Under the pieces are notes generated by a model. It made no database searches. It was not told where the DNA came from and was given only the letters and a program-made list of their open reading frames with translations. Both the position numbers and the translations under genes were made by a program. DNA of 64,000 bases from Gammaproteobacteria bacterium (GTDB lineage Bacteria > Pseudomonadota > Gammaproteobacteria > Magnimaribacterales > AG-339-G14): the NCBI GenBank assembly GCA_038141925.1, contig JAYQJB010000002.1, positions 515,493 to 579,492 on the forward strand, read 5' to 3'. Of the stretch, positions 1 through 14,181 are shown one piece after another (within the stretch, counting starts at the first letter, position 1; each line of letters starts with the position of its first letter).

Positions 1-282
1 AAAGTTCCATATTTACCAAAAGAATTAAAACCAATCTTCTCTAATCCATTTAAGAAGTTAAACGAAAAGGAATTACAGCGCGCTTTGAATATCAGTAAAA
101 AATCAGTTCGATTTATTTTTGAAAACCCTCTTGATGAAATTTTATTGGAGTGGAAACCATTTTTAATGTCTTCTTTAAACGATATAAAACTTTTTCATTT
201 AGAATCAAAAAAAGAGGTTGAAGGATTTCTTGAGCGAAGATATTCTCCTTTATTCATAAAGGGTTTAACAAAAAAAAGGTGA
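1..282 (+). CDS. 3' end of an unidentified CDS entering from the left edge
   Basis: Frame +1 is open from base 1 to TGA 280-282. The listed 65-aa ORF is only its TTG-initiated tail. No family recognised by eye. Confidence 0.3.
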   Translation, partial: KVPYLPKELKPIFSNPFKKLNEKELQRALNISKKSVRFIFENPLDEILLEWKPFLMSSLNDIKLFHLESKKEVEGFLERRYSPLFIKGLTKKR

Positions 283-286
283 GATT

Positions 287-1903
287 ATGTTAGGGAATAT
301 GATGAATGAACAACTTCTTATTTCAGGAGTTTTAGAACATGCTATAAAAAATAATGCCAATACAGAAATAGTAAGCAACACAGTAGAAGGAGGCATACAC
401 AGATATACCATTGAAGACTCTGCAAAAAGATCAAAGAAATTGGCCAATGCTCTGCTTAATTTAAATATTAAAGAGGGGGATATAATTGCTACGATGGCAG
501 TAAACAGTTACCGTCATTTAGAACTTTATTTTGGCATTTCTGGATTGGGAGCTATTCTTCACACCCTTAATCCAAGATTGTTTCCAGATGACATTAAATA
601 CATTGTTAACCATGCCGAAGATAAATATATCTTTGTTGATGCGCCTTTCTTACCAATCATAGAAAATGTCATTTCTGACCTTAAAACAGTTAAAGGCATT
701 GTGGTACTTACTGATAAAGAGCACATGCCAGCTTCATCAATTAAAAATCTCATTTGTTATGAAGACCTAATTGCTGATGAATCTGAAGAAATAGTTTGGC
801 CTGAGTTTGATGAGAATACAGCTTCATCATTATGTTATACGTCTGGCACAACTGGAAATCCTAAGGGAGTTCTTTATTCTCATAGATCTACAGTGTTGCA
901 TGCTTGGTATGCTACTGCTGGGAATGCAATGAATTTAACTTCTGAAACCGTGTTGCTTCCTGTAGTGCCTATGTTTCATGTTAATGCGTGGGGAATTCCA
1001 TATGCCTCATTTATGTATGGTGCCAAAATGGTTTTTCCAGGTCCCTTCACTGATGGTGAATCAATTTGTAATTTAATTACTTCTGAAAAAGTAAATCAGC
1101 TTATGGGAGTTCCTACGGTATGGCTTGACTTATTGAATTACACTGAGAAGAACAATATCAAACTTGAGTCTGTAAATAGTGTGTTGGTTGGCGGTTCTGC
1201 TGCCCCAAAAGCTATGATTAAAGCCTTTCAAGAGAAACATGATTGTTTTTTACTTCATGGTTGGGGTATGACAGAAATGAGTCCGCTTGGGACACTCAAT
1301 TCCTATACTCCAGAGATGGACGGAATGGATCTTGAAGAAAGATATGAAATTCAAACAAGCCAAGGTCGAGCAGTTTATGGTTGTTCAATGAAAATAATAA
1401 ACGATGAAGGCAAGGTTCTTCCTAATGATGGAAAAACGTTTGGAAGACTCATGGTCAAAGGACCTGCAATTATTGAACGTTACTTTAAGTCAAATGAGAC
1501 TGCTCTGGAAGATGGATGGTTTGATACAGGAGACGTTGCAACGATAGATACTCATGGCTATATGAGAATAGTTGATAGAAGTAAAGACGTTATTAAATCT
1601 GGAGGAGAGTGGATTAGTTCTATTGATCTAGAAAATACGGCAGTTGGACATCCGGGAGTAGCAGAGGCATGCGTTGTTGGAGTTGCTCATGCCAAATGGG
1701 ATGAAAGACCTTTATTGTTTATTGTTAAAAATGATTTGGAAGAATGTGATAAAGATTCAGTATTAGATTACCTTTCTGATAAAGTAGCCAAGTGGTGGCT
1801 TCCTGATGACGTTATCTTTCTAGATGAACTTCCTCACGGAGCAACAGGGAAACTTCTCAAGACAGGTTTGAGAGAAGACTACAAAAATCATTTAATGAAA
1901 TAA
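287..1903 (+). CDS. AMP-dependent acyl-CoA synthetase (fatty-acid--CoA ligase family)
   Basis: 538-aa ORF with the AMP-binding signature [12 protein letters not shown] and the C-terminal SGGEWISS...GKLLK region typical of the family. Confidence 0.85.
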   Translation: MLGNMMNEQLLISGVLEHAIKNNANTEIVSNTVEGGIHRYTIEDSAKRSKKLANALLNLNIKEGDIIATMAVNSYRHLELYFGISGLGAILHTLNPRLFPDDIKYIVNHAEDKYIFVDAPFLPIIENVISDLKTVKGIVVLTDKEHMPASSIKNLICYEDLIADESEEIVWPEFDENTASSLCYTSGTTGNPKGVLYSHRSTVLHAWYATAGNAMNLTSETVLLPVVPMFHVNAWGIPYASFMYGAKMVFPGPFTDGESICNLITSEKVNQLMGVPTVWLDLLNYTEKNNIKLESVNSVLVGGSAAPKAMIKAFQEKHDCFLLHGWGMTEMSPLGTLNSYTPEMDGMDLEERYEIQTSQGRAVYGCSMKIINDEGKVLPNDGKTFGRLMVKGPAIIERYFKSNETALEDGWFDTGDVATIDTHGYMRIVDRSKDVIKSGGEWISSIDLENTAVGHPGVAEACVVGVAHAKWDERPLLFIVKNDLEECDKDSVLDYLSDKVAKWWLPDDVIFLDELPHGATGKLLKTGLREDYKNHLMK

Positions 1904-1921
1904 AAAAATAAGGAGAAAACA

Positions 1922-2374
1922 ATGGCTGGATTAGTACCTGCAGACACTTTAAAAGATTACATTGGTAAAGATATGGGGGCTTCAGATTGGTTAAAAGTCG
2001 ATCAAGATAGAATAAATCAATTTGCTGATGCAACGAATGATCATCAATTCATTCATATTGATTCAGAAAAAGCTACGCCACTTTTTGGCTCAACAATAGC
2101 TCATGGATTCTTATCCCTTTCATTGATGGCTGGCCTGCCAGCTCCTCAAGTTGCTCCTGAGGGTATGACCATGGTTTTTAATTATGGACTTGATAAAGTT
2201 CGATTTTTAACTCCTGTTAATGTGGGTTCAAAAGTAAGGACTAAATCAACACTTTTATCTGTTGATGACAAAGGTGATGGAAGATATCTTTTGAAATACG
2301 AAGTTGTAATGGAGATAGAAGGTCAAGAGAAACCAGCTTATGTAGCCGAGTCTTTATCTATGTTCATTACTTAG
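1922..2374 (+). CDS. MaoC-like (R)-specific enoyl-CoA hydratase / hotdog-fold dehydratase
   Basis: 150-aa ORF with aaggag 8 nt upstream. Carries the NDHQFIHID...AHG hotdog hydratase pattern and directly follows the acyl-CoA synthetase. Confidence 0.75.
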   Translation: MAGLVPADTLKDYIGKDMGASDWLKVDQDRINQFADATNDHQFIHIDSEKATPLFGSTIAHGFLSLSLMAGLPAPQVAPEGMTMVFNYGLDKVRFLTPVNVGSKVRTKSTLLSVDDKGDGRYLLKYEVVMEIEGQEKPAYVAESLSMFIT

Positions 2375-3803
2375 ATAATTTATCCTTTAAAAGTTTATTT
2401 ACAACTTGTGGGCTTGCACTTCCCGAAGTTTTTTTCATAACTTGACCAACGAAAAAGCCTTGCAATCTATCTTTGCCTGATTTTAGCTGCTCAAATTGTT
2501 TTTGATTTTCAGAAATCACCTCATCAAGGATTTTTCTATTTCATCATCATTAGAAATTTGTTCTAAACCTTCTTTATGAATGAGCTCTTGTATTTCTCCT
2601 CCTTCACTCCATACAATCTCAAGAAGTTTTTTTGCAGAAGGGCCAGAAATTTTTTGGTCTTCAATATTTTGAAAGATCTCTGCAATATGCTTTGGATTTA
2701 CTTTAGATTCAGAAATGTTTGTATCATTTTTATTAAGCAAGGCAAATAAGTCTCCAGTGATCCAATTTACGGCATTTTTAGGAGAAACTTTATAAGACAA
2801 TACTTCTTCAAAAAAGGATGCAGTTTCTTTATTTATTGTTACCAGTTCAGCATTGTCATCTGATAGTTCGTAAGAGTTCATGAACCTTTCTTTCATAATT
2901 TCTGGCAATTCAGGAAGATTTTTTCTCACATCATTAATTTGATCCTTTGAAATTTTTATAGGAATTAAATCTGGTTCTGGAAAATAACGGTAGTCATTAG
3001 CTTCCTCTTTTGAACGCATGGACCGCGTAAGATTTTTTTTAGAATCATATAATCTTGTTTCTTGGATAATTTTTTCTCCCTTTTCAAGCTCTTTTATTTG
3101 TCTATCTATTTCAAAAATAATTGCTTTTTCAACAAATTTAAAAGAATTAATATTTTTTAATTCAGTTCTTGTGCCTAGTTCTTGATCATTGGGCCTTTTA
3201 ACAGATACGTTTGCGTCGCACCTCATAGATCCTTGTGACATATCGCCATCTGAGATTCCCAAAAAGGTAACAATACTGTATTTTTTTTAAATACTCAACT
3301 GCTTCCTCAGCAGAGCTAAGATCAGGCTCAGAGACTATTTCTAATAAGCAAGTTCCAGCTCTATTTAAATCTATTGCAGAGTTATTACTGTACAAGTCAT
3401 GGATTGATTTCCCAGCATCTTCTTCAAGATGAGCCCTAGTAACACCAATAATTTTTGATTTTTCACCAAGTTTTATTTCAACACTTCCCTTGCCGACAAT
3501 AGGATCATCTAGTTGACTTATTTGGTAACCCTTAGGCAGATCGGGATAAAAGTAATTCTTTCTTGCAAAAATTACTTTTTGAGATATTTCTGCGTTTATT
3601 GCGCAACCAAACTTTAAAGCATGAGAAATTGCTTCCTTATTCAATACCGGCAATACTCCTGGAAGCCCTAAGTCAATTTCACTAGCTTGAGTATTTGGTT
3701 CAGCACCAAAAGCTATTGGCGAAGAGGAAAAAAGTTTAGTTTTGGTTGCAAGTTGTACATGAACTTCCAATCCAATTACAGGCTGCCAATTATTTAAACT
3801 CAT
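2367..3803 (-). CDS. gatB: Asp/Glu-tRNA amidotransferase subunit B (two frameshifts as assembled)
   Basis: Three collinear fragments read as GatB: [18 protein letters not shown]..., ...[20 protein letters not shown]..., and a C-terminal ...[12 protein letters not shown] tail. Shifts fall at T8 3281-3288 and T5 2531-2535. Total length about 478 aa. Confidence 0.9.
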
Positions 3804-5228
3804 GGAAATCCGTTAATTTTTGAAATTTATTTGCAAGGTTTAGAATTCTTCCTTCTTCGAGATAGTTTCCAATGAGTTGAAGGCCAATTGGCATTTCGTC
3901 AGCCGTACCTGATGGAATTGATAACGCTGGCAAACCTGCCAAGTTTGCAGGAATTGTATAAATGTCTTGTTCATACATTTCCACGGGATCGCTTATTGAG
4001 CCCAGCTCAAAAGAAGAGTTAGAGCAAGTAGGCATTGCTATCGATGAAACTTTTTTAAAAGCTTCATCAAAATCACTTTTATTAAATTTCTAATTTTCAA
4101 AGCCTTATTATAAAAGGCGTCGTAGTAACCTGCAGAAAGACAAAACGTTCCAATAAAAATTCTATTTTTAACTTCTTTGCCAAATCCTTCTGTTCTTGAG
4201 TTTACATAAAGATCCTCTAAAGAAGATACGCTATCGCTTCTATGGCCAAATCTTATTCCATCATATCTTGCCAAATTTGCTGAACACTCTGCAGGGGCTA
4301 TTACATAGTAAGCAGGTAAGGAGTATTCAATATGAGGCAGATTAATTTCTTCAATTTTTGCTCCATCTTTTTCAAGAATGGAAATGGCATTCTTGAAAGA
4401 ATCCCGCACCTGATCATTTTTAATATTTTCAATTAGTCCTTTAGGAATTCCAATTACATGCTCTTGATCTGCATCGACTTCCTTTTGTAAATCTTTAACT
4501 TCTTCATTCAAAGATGTCGAGTCTTTTTGATCAAATCCAGACATATATTTGAGAGCTACAGCGGCATCCTTAGCATTTTTTGCGATTATTCCTGCTTGAT
4601 CAAGGCTGGACGCAAAAGCAATCATTCCCCATCTGGAAACTCTTCCATAAGTAGGTTTTATACCCGTAACTCCGCAGAAAGAAGCCGGCTGTCTTATAGA
4701 GCCTCCTGTATCAGTTGCAGTTGCAAATGAGCAAAGATTGGCTCTAACAGCTGCTGCTGATCCTCCAGAAGAACCTCCTGGAGAAAGTTTTTCATTAATA
4801 GGGTTTAACACATTTCCATAAAAGCTTGTTTCGTTAGAAGATCCCATAGCAAATTCATCCATATTGGTTTTTCCTAAGGTAATTGCTCCGGCAGTATCTA
4901 ATTTAGAGAAAACCTCGGAAGAATAAGGAGAAATAAAGTTGGATAACATTTTAGAACCACAAGTTGTTTTTTTATCTTTAATACAAAAAATATCTTTGTG
5001 AGCAATTGGAATCCCTTCTAGAGGCCTAGCTTTGTTTTTTGCAATATTTTCATCTGCTATTAGGGCTTTTTTTTCCGATTCTTCTTCAAAGACTGAAATG
5101 AAACAATTTAGAGATTCTTTTTTCTTAATTTCATTTAAATATGCTCCTGTTATTTCTTTAGAGGAGAAAGATTTATCACCAAGCCCAAGTATTTGATCTG
5201 TCAAAGAAAGATTTATTAATTCACTCAT
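3790..5228 (-). CDS. gatA: Asp/Glu-tRNA amidotransferase subunit A (one frameshift as assembled)
   Basis: Amidase signature [11 protein letters not shown]. The 396-aa N-terminal part plus the 81-aa C-terminal part join near 4075 to give about 479 aa. The 3' end overlaps the gatB start. Confidence 0.9.
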
Positions 5229-5230
5229 AA

Positions 5231-5517
5231 TTATTCAATTACTTTAGGAGTAAGATAAAAACCAGAGTCTTTTTCTTTAGAAAGTTCTTGAAGTTTTTCT
5301 CTTTCAATGTCTTTTTTTCGATGTCTTCTCTCAAATTCTGAGTATTGTTTATGGGATGTGTTAATGGATTTATTTTTGAAGTATCTAATTCATCCATTTT
5401 ATTAACCATTGTCAAAATTGATTCCAGGTCTTTTACCAAAGAGCCAGATGTCTCTTCGTCAATTTTGATTTTACTCAATAAAGAGATGTTTTTAAGGTCT
5501 TGTTCAGTAATTTTCAT
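5231..5517 (-). CDS. gatC: Asp/Glu-tRNA amidotransferase subunit C (frameshift at T7 5312-5318)
   Basis: Correcting the homopolymer gives a 95-aa GatC ending ...REDIEKKDIEREKLQELSKEKDSGFYLTPKVIE. Lies immediately upstream of gatA. Confidence 0.85.
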
Positions 5518-5597
5518 TATAATGATTCAAAGAGAGGAAGATTTTATATCAACTTAAAATCAACTACTATTCGAATTATTTAAAAATATACAAAATT

Positions 5598-6638
5598 ATG
5601 GTTCTTAAAGCTCTAAAAGGCATCTACTCAACAGATTTATCAATTGACCTCGGTACTGCTAATACACTCATTTTTGCCAAAGGAAAAGGAATTGTTCTAA
5701 ATGAACCATCCGTAGTAGCTATAAAAAAATCTGAGGGCCATAGATCAGTGGTTGCAGTTGGGTCTGAAGCAAAAAGAATGCTTGGAAGAGTTCCTGGAAA
5801 CATCGAAGCAATTCGTCCACTTAAAGATGGGGTCATTGCAGATTTTCAAGTAACAGAAAAAATGCTTCAACATTTTATCCAAGTTGTTCATGGAGAAAAT
5901 TTCTTTAAACCAAGTCCAAGAATATTGATTTGTGTCCCTTGTCAATCAACACAAGTAGAAAGAAGAGCAATAAGAGAATCAGCCCTTCAAGCAGGTGCTA
6001 GAGAAGTAAGGCTCATAGAAGAACCTATGGCTGCTGCAATTGGTGCAGGACTGCCGGTTGAAGAGGCATCAGGTTCAATGGTGGTGGATATTGGCGGAGG
6101 AACAACTGAAATAGCAATTCTTGCCCTTAATGGAGTCGTTTTTTCCAGCTCTTTGAAAACGGGAGGCGATAGATTCAATGAAGCTATTGTTTCTTATATT
6201 AGAAGGAAATACGGAGTTTTGGTTGGTGAATCAACTGCTGAAAGAATAAAAGAAACTGTGGGTTGTGCAACTCCTGAAAGTGAAGATAAATCAATGGAAA
6301 TCAGAGGAAGAAATTTAGCCGAAGGTGTTCCAAATACAATCAATTTTTCAAGCCTAGAAGCCTATGAAGCCATATCGGGACCTCTATCTTCAATTCTTCA
6401 ATCTATAAGAAATGCCTTAGAACAATCCCCTCCGGAACTTAGCGCAGATATTTCTGAAAGAGGAATAGTTTTAACAGGGGGAGGTGCCTTGCTTACAGAC
6501 TTAGACATAATGATATCTGAGCAGACTGGAATTCCGGTAATTGTCGCTGACGATCCTTTAACCTGTGTAGTGAAAGGCGGAGGAATTGCACTTGATATTA
6601 TTGATAAATTTGATGTAGATCTTTTATCTACAGAGTAA
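5598..6638 (+). CDS. mreB: Rod-shape determining actin homologue MreB
   Basis: 346 aa, with [10 protein letters not shown], the [10 protein letters not shown] motif and VDIGGGTTE. Confidence 0.95.
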   Translation: MVLKALKGIYSTDLSIDLGTANTLIFAKGKGIVLNEPSVVAIKKSEGHRSVVAVGSEAKRMLGRVPGNIEAIRPLKDGVIADFQVTEKMLQHFIQVVHGENFFKPSPRILICVPCQSTQVERRAIRESALQAGAREVRLIEEPMAAAIGAGLPVEEASGSMVVDIGGGTTEIAILALNGVVFSSSLKTGGDRFNEAIVSYIRRKYGVLVGESTAERIKETVGCATPESEDKSMEIRGRNLAEGVPNTINFSSLEAYEAISGPLSSILQSIRNALEQSPPELSADISERGIVLTGGGALLTDLDIMISEQTGIPVIVADDPLTCVVKGGGIALDIIDKFDVDLLSTE

Positions 6639-6642
6639 TTTC

Positions 6643-7490
6643 ATGTTCGGCGGTGAACACAAACAAACCGATATCGCTCAATCAGCAATATTCACTACCG
6701 GGTCAATGCGCGCAAGCCGTTTCTATCCCGCAATCCTCTTTAGTTTTCTTATTATGTATGGAGATTATTCGTTTGATTTAAGCAGTAAAATTAGAATCGT
6801 TTCGTCATATATTTTTTCTCCTTTCTCACAAATTGAATACCTGGCTAAAGATAGTTTTAATTCCTTTGATTCTTATTTTTCTTCTCAAAAAAAACTTTCT
6901 GAAGAAATAGATTTATTAAGAAACAAGATAAGAGATTTAGAAAATCAAAATCTTGCTCTTCAAAATACAAAAACTTCTTTAAATGAGCTTGAGGAACTTT
7001 TTGATCTAAGTAAGAGTTTTCAGGAAAGAAAAATATTTTTAGGCAAAATCACAGATTTTAAGAAATTTCCTAAAGAAATTGTTTCAGTTGAAACTAGATC
7101 AAATAATATTACAAAAGATATGATTGCTTTTAATGCTTTTGGTTTAATCGGAGTGATAGATGAACTACTTAATAATTCAATAAAAATAATACCTCTTCAC
7201 AACGTATCAATAAAAATTCCTGCAAAGAACTCTAGAACCTTAGAAAATATAATTATAGTTGGAACAGGTACGCCTAAAACATTTCAAATAGAAGAATTCA
7301 AAAAAAATGGAGATATTAAAAAAGGGGATGAAATCACCTCTTCTGGATTGGGAGGCAGGTTTCCTGAAGGTTTTTTCTTGGAAGGGTGACCGAAATAAAA
7401 GAAAATGATCAATCAAACTTTTTGCAAATTACAGTTGAAAATACTTTTGACTTTAGTTTTGGCTCTACAATTTTATTTACTAAACCATGA
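6643..7490 (+). CDS. mreC: Rod-shape protein MreC (frameshift near 7375)
   Basis: Follows mreB. Has a coiled-coil segment (ENQNLALQN) and a C-terminal ...GGRFPEG region that continues in another frame to TGA 7488-7490. Overlaps mreD by ATGA. Confidence 0.8.
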
Positions 7491-7993
7491 ATAGTCTTGA
7501 TGATAAAAAACCTTCAATTTTTAATTTTTATTTTTTTGTTGGACTTACTTTAATTATCGCTTCAATGGCTGAAGTCTTTTTAAATGACTTCCTGCTTTCT
7601 AGGCTAACTTTGCCTCTAACCTTGATGACATTAATTTATTGGAATGTAGCAACACCCAGAAATATAGGTTTTTTTTGGACTATGCTTTCTGGTTTCATTT
7701 TAGATATTTTTTTGGGATACCTCTTAGGAATTCATGTTGTTATCTTTCTTTTGACATCTTACTTTTCGCAAAGATACTTCCATAGGTTTAGAGCTTTGTT
7801 TAGGTTGCAACAATCTTTGATTGTGGCAATTATTGTTTTTATATATCAAATTTATTTCATTTTGATTTCCAATAATTTCGCCTTATCAATTTTTTTAGAA
7901 TTATTAATCTTGACAATCATCTCTAGCTTATTTTGGCCAATTATTTATGGAGTTTTAAGATATTTGAGAATAAAACTTACTTACGGACAATAA
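7487..7993 (+). CDS. mreD: Rod-shape protein MreD
   Basis: 168-aa polytopic membrane ORF in the canonical mreBCD position. Confidence 0.7.
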   Translation: MNSLDDKKPSIFNFYFFVGLTLIIASMAEVFLNDFLLSRLTLPLTLMTLIYWNVATPRNIGFFWTMLSGFILDIFLGYLLGIHVVIFLLTSYFSQRYFHRFRALFRLQQSLIVAIIVFIYQIYFILISNNFALSIFLELLILTIISSLFWPIIYGVLRYLRIKLTYGQ

Positions 7994-8002
7994 AAATTTT
8001 GC

Positions 8003-8715
8003 TTAAGTTACTTCGCCAAGATAAACCTTTCTGACGATTTCATTTTGCACAATTTCATTTGGAATCCCTTGAGCGATAACTTTACCTGCGTTGATGACAT
8101 AAATGTAATCACAAATATCCAAAGTAGCATTTACATTGTGATCACTTATTAGAACACCTATACCTTTTTCTTTTAGATTTTTTATCAAAGTCTTAATCTC
8201 ATTTATTATCAAAGGATCAATTCCTGCAAAAGGCTCATCAAGCAATATAAGTTTGGGGTTTAACGCAATTGCTCTAGCAATTTCAACTCTTCTTCTTTGA
8301 CCTCCAGATAAAGAATTGCATTTTTGAGTTTTGATGTTTATCAGATCAAATTCTTCAGAGATTCTAGTAAATTTGTTCTCAATTTCTTTTTTTTCATATT
8401 TTTTTGCTTCAAGCGCAGCCTTTATATTTTCTTCAACAGTGAGTTCTCTGAATACTGAAGGCTCTTGAGGAAGGTAAATAACTCCTAATTCGGATCTTTT
8501 TTCAAAACTTAGGTTATTTACTATTTTTGAATCATAGAGTACTTCGCCTTCGGAAGGTTTGCTCAAACCAGCTAGAATAGAGAACAATGATGTTTTCCTG
8601 CTCCGTTTGGACCTAGTAAGCCATAAATATTATCTGAGGTAATAGATATATCTATGCTCTCGAGAATATTTAATTTATTTGAAACTTTTTTAAGTTTTTT
8701 CCCCTCAATACGCAT
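8003..8715 (-). CDS. lptB: LPS export ABC transporter ATPase LptB (frameshift near 8590)
   Basis: The N-terminal piece MRIEGKKL...GLLGPNGAGK (Walker A) runs from ATG at 8715. The 194-aa remainder carries LSGGQRRRVEIARAL and Walker B LLDEPFAG. Confidence 0.85.
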
Positions 8716-8720
8716 TTTAA

Positions 8721-9354
8721 TTAATAATTTTTAATATTAAGTTTTGATGGAAAAATTAATTCTCCATTTGATTTTAACTTCACCATAGACGTTTCTGTCT
8801 CTAACCCTTTGTTATCTTTAAGATATATTGGGCTACCTTTAAAAAGTATCTCATCTTCATTCAAAATAATTTCTTTCACAGAGATTTCATATTCATCAAT
8901 AAAAATGATTAATTCATTAGATGATAAGTTTCTTTTGTTAAGATCAATATCAACTTTACTAGCTTTTCCTAAAATAACTTTTTCACTGACCTTTCCAGAA
9001 ATTTCAGTTTTATTTTCAAGTTTCACTATATTTTTATCGTAAGCAATTGTTCCCTTATTTGAAATTATTTTTAAAAAAGTATTTTTTCCCGAAATATCTA
9101 TTTTTGGCTGGTAAACATAAAGATTTTTTTTCTTCTTTCAAAGAATTAACCATCGAAGAATTAACTTCTAAAATAAAATCACTTTCTTTAAAGCCTAAAT
9201 TAATGGAAATATTTTTTGCTTCAAAAATAATTTCATTATTTTGTTTTATTAATTCAGAAGATGATGAGTTTAAAAAAATGAAGACAAGAATAAGACAGAA
9301 CCAATAAGAAAAAAATAAAGCAACTAAATAGACAAAAATGCTTTTTGGCATCAA
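8721..9354 (-). CDS. lptC: LptC-like membrane-anchored OstA-fold protein (frameshift in T8 9124-9131)
   Basis: Removing one base from the homopolymer fuses the 99-aa ORF (N-terminal TM helix) to the 101-aa ORF, giving a single 210-aa beta-rich protein. It sits between kdsD and lptB. Confidence 0.55.
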
Positions 9355-10328
9355 ATTATTTTTGCTGAAAGAATTTCATGCATTCTGATTAAACCTATTA
9401 TTTTTTTATTTGAATTCTTTACTATTAATGAATAGATTTTTTGATCTTCCATTATTCTTGAAACATCAAGGACAAGATCAACATCTTTAACAAATTTAAA
9501 ATTTTTAGTCATGACTTCTTTTATAGGCGTTGATGTAAGATCTATACGATTGTTTATCATTCTTCTTAAATCTCCATCTGTAAAAATACCTTTCACGATA
9601 CCTTGAATTTTTATTAAACCTAATCCAAATCCTTTTTTTGATATTTTTTCCATTGCATCAATTATAGAAATATTTCCATCTATAAAAGGTAAGTCTTTTT
9701 CTTTGATCATAATTTCTTTTACTTTAATGAAACTTTTGCCAAGACTACCTCCTGGATGATTTGCACCAAAGTCAGATCTTTTTAAACCTTCATAGTTTGT
9801 TATAGCTACAGAAATAGCATCTCCAATCATCATCATGGCAGTCGTGCTGGATGTTGGGGCAAGATTTAGGATATCCGCCTCTTTTTCTAAATTCAAAGAT
9901 ATGTGCGCTTTAGATGACAATTCAATTGAGGAGTTTTTGTTTCCGGTAACAGAACAAATATTCACTTTTTTTTGCTTAAGATTTGGCAGAAGATCTACTA
10001 ATTCCTCCGTCTCACCTGAGTAAGAGAAAATAATCAATGAATCTTTTTTAGTTATCGCTCCAAGATCTCCATGACTCGCCTCGGCGGCATTTATATAAAA
10101 AGACGGTTTTCCAAGGCTAGAAAGAGTAGCTGATATCTTTTCAGATACTTTTCCTGACTTACCTATGCCCAAAAAAATTAAATTTCCTTTTGTTTCTAAT
10201 AAAAAGTTACAAACTTCATTGAATTCATTTTTGGAAATACCCGAAGAAACTTCTTGAAGAGCATCAATTTCATTTGAAATGACTTTTTTACCAATTGCAA
10301 AAAAATTAATTTTTTTTGGTTTTTTCAT
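9351..10328 (-). CDS. kdsD: Arabinose-5-phosphate isomerase (SIS + tandem CBS)
   Basis: 325 aa with a SIS domain (GIGKSG..., SYSGETEE) followed by two CBS repeats. Sits in the conserved kdsD-lptC-lptB context. Confidence 0.85.
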   Translation of the reverse strand: MKKPKKINFFAIGKKVISNEIDALQEVSSGISKNEFNEVCNFLLETKGNLIFLGIGKSGKVSEKISATLSSLGKPSFYINAAEASHGDLGAITKKDSLIIFSYSGETEELVDLLPNLKQKKVNICSVTGNKNSSIELSSKAHISLNLEKEADILNLAPTSSTTAMMMIGDAISVAITNYEGLKRSDFGANHPGGSLGKSFIKVKEIMIKEKDLPFIDGNISIIDAMEKISKKGFGLGLIKIQGIVKGIFTDGDLRRMINNRIDLTSTPIKEVMTKNFKFVKDVDLVLDVSRIMEDQKIYSLIVKNSNKKIIGLIRMHEILSAKII

Positions 10329-10378
10329 CTGTGATTAATTATCCTGTAGTAGACTAGGCTCTTTAAATCCGATTATAA

Positions 10379-12266
<1,888 letters not shown>

Positions 12267-12267
<1 letters not shown>

Positions 12268-12892
12268 TGTTAATTGTTTTACCAAAAGGAAGATTACTTA
12301 AAAGAAATTAAAAATCTTTTGGAGCTGATCGGTATATCTTTTGAAGACTCATCAAGAAAACTGGTTATGGATACTTCTGTAAAAGATATCAAAGTTAGCA
12401 ATCCTTAGGTCTTGGGACATTCCCAAGTTTGTCAACAAAGGCATTGCAGACATGGGCTTTGTTGGGAAAGATGTTCTAAACGAGATTGAAGATGAAGAAA
12501 ATTTTTATGAATCTTTAGATTTAGGATTAGGTAAGTGTCGTCTTTCTTTAGCCTCATATAAGCAAGTAACTAATTCAAATAAACCGATAGTAGCAACTAA
12601 ATATCCAGTATCTGCAAAAGCTTTTTTTGCTTCAAAAATGCAAAACGTAGAAATAATAAAATTAAAAGGCGCAATAGAAATAGCACCAATTCTCGGGCTT
12701 TCAGATTATATTGTTGATCTTGTTCAAACAGGAAACACGCTGAAAGATAATGGATTGTCTGAATTGGAGGTGATTCAAGAAATTTCAACTAGATTAATCA
12801 TTAACAAATCCTCTTTCAAAACAAATAATCAAAAGATAGAAAAATTAATTATTTCCATGAAAAATGCTCTAAATGAAAACTTTAAAAATTAA
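12267..12892 (+). CDS. hisG: ATP phosphoribosyltransferase, short form (frameshifted near 12300-12450)
   Basis: MLIVLPKGRLLKE... begins at a TAATG overlap with murA. The 146-aa ORF carries ...GIADMGFVGKDVL...LVQTGNTLKDNGL. Total about 208 aa. Confidence 0.8.
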
Positions 12893-14178
12893 GAAAGTAT
12901 CTTTTCTTGTTGCAAAAAAATACTTGTTGCAGAGTAAATTTAGAAATCAGGCTGTTAACGTCAAAGAAACTGTTCGAAAAATAATACTTAATGTAAAAAA
13001 AAATGGTGATAAAGCATTAATAAAGATTTCTAACAAAATTGATAAGACAGAATTTAAAACAGTTACAGAAGCCTCCTTCAATAAGTCTGATTTAAAAAAA
13101 AATTACGAAAAGTTAGACAATGCAATCAAGAAAAACTTAAATTTCATTAAGAAAAGAATAATAAATTTTCATAAAGCAATAAAGACAAGTGATTTAAAAA
13201 CAAAGGATGGGATATTTAATTTATTAGGTCAAATCCATAAACCAATAGACAGAATTGGTCTTTATGCTCCTGGAGGCAAAGCTGTTTATCCATCCTCTAT
13301 TCTTATGACTGCATTAGTTGCAAGAGTGGCAGGCTCAAAAGAGATTAACCTTTTTTTTCCTAGTTCTTCCGAGAAAGCAAAAACATTAATGTTAGGGACT
13401 GCTCATCTAGCAGAAATAACTAATGCTTATAATTTCGGTGGAGCACATGCAATAGCCGCTATGGCCTATGGGACAGAGTCGATATCAAAGTCAGATAAAA
13501 TCTTTGGCCCTGGGAATAACTATGTTGCAGAAGCAAAAAGACAGGTATTTGGAGATGTAGGCATAGATTCATTTGCTGGCCCATCTGAGGTATTAATTAT
13601 TTCTGATAAGAAAAAAGGATTTGAACAATTAGCTGCTGATCTAATTGCCCAAGCCGAGCATGGAGAAGACTCCAAATGTATTTTTATTCAAATTGGAAAA
13701 GGAGGATTAGGGGATTTGTTTAAAGAACTTGAACGACAAGTTACTGAGGCTCCAAGGGGAAAAACAATAAAAACCGCTTTAGAAAAAAATTCAATGTTTA
13801 TACAGGTTAAAAATTTAGAAGAAGCAATTGAAATCAATAATCTTGTATGGTCCAGAACATTTACAAATTATTTACAAAAATTTTAAGGAGTCATTATTAA
13901 AAAGATTCATTGCTGGAGCCATTTTTGTTGGAGAAAACAATACAGCTGTCCTAGGAGATTATGCTGCAGGACCCAGTCACGTAATTCCAACAAATTCTGC
14001 TGCCAGATTTAGTTCGCCTGTCAGTATTGAAGACTTTTTAGTGAGAACCTCGGTAACAGAAATTAAATCCATTAAGAATAAGGCAAAATATAATGAACTA
14101 CTTGATCATTCAATATTTTTAGCAGAGCTTGAAGGTTTGCATGGGCATGCATATGCCTTGAAGCTCAGGCGCAAATAG
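12873..14178 (+). CDS. hisD: Histidinol dehydrogenase (frameshift near 13845)
   Basis: Motifs GLYAPGGKAVYPSS, AQAEHGEDS and the C-terminal GPSHVIPT...LEGLHGHA. The two fragments join to about 434 aa. Confidence 0.9.
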
Positions 14179-14181
14179 AAA

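Noticed and set aside
85-282. A 65-aa TTG-initiated ORF as a stand-alone small gene
   Set aside because: The same frame is open back to base 1, so this is the tail of a larger gene cut by the window edge.
8809-9307. Plus-strand ORFs of 77 aa and 86 aa in the lptC region
   Set aside because: They are antisense to a coherent LptC-like reading frame, have low-complexity AT-rich translations, and do not fit the surrounding minus-strand operon.
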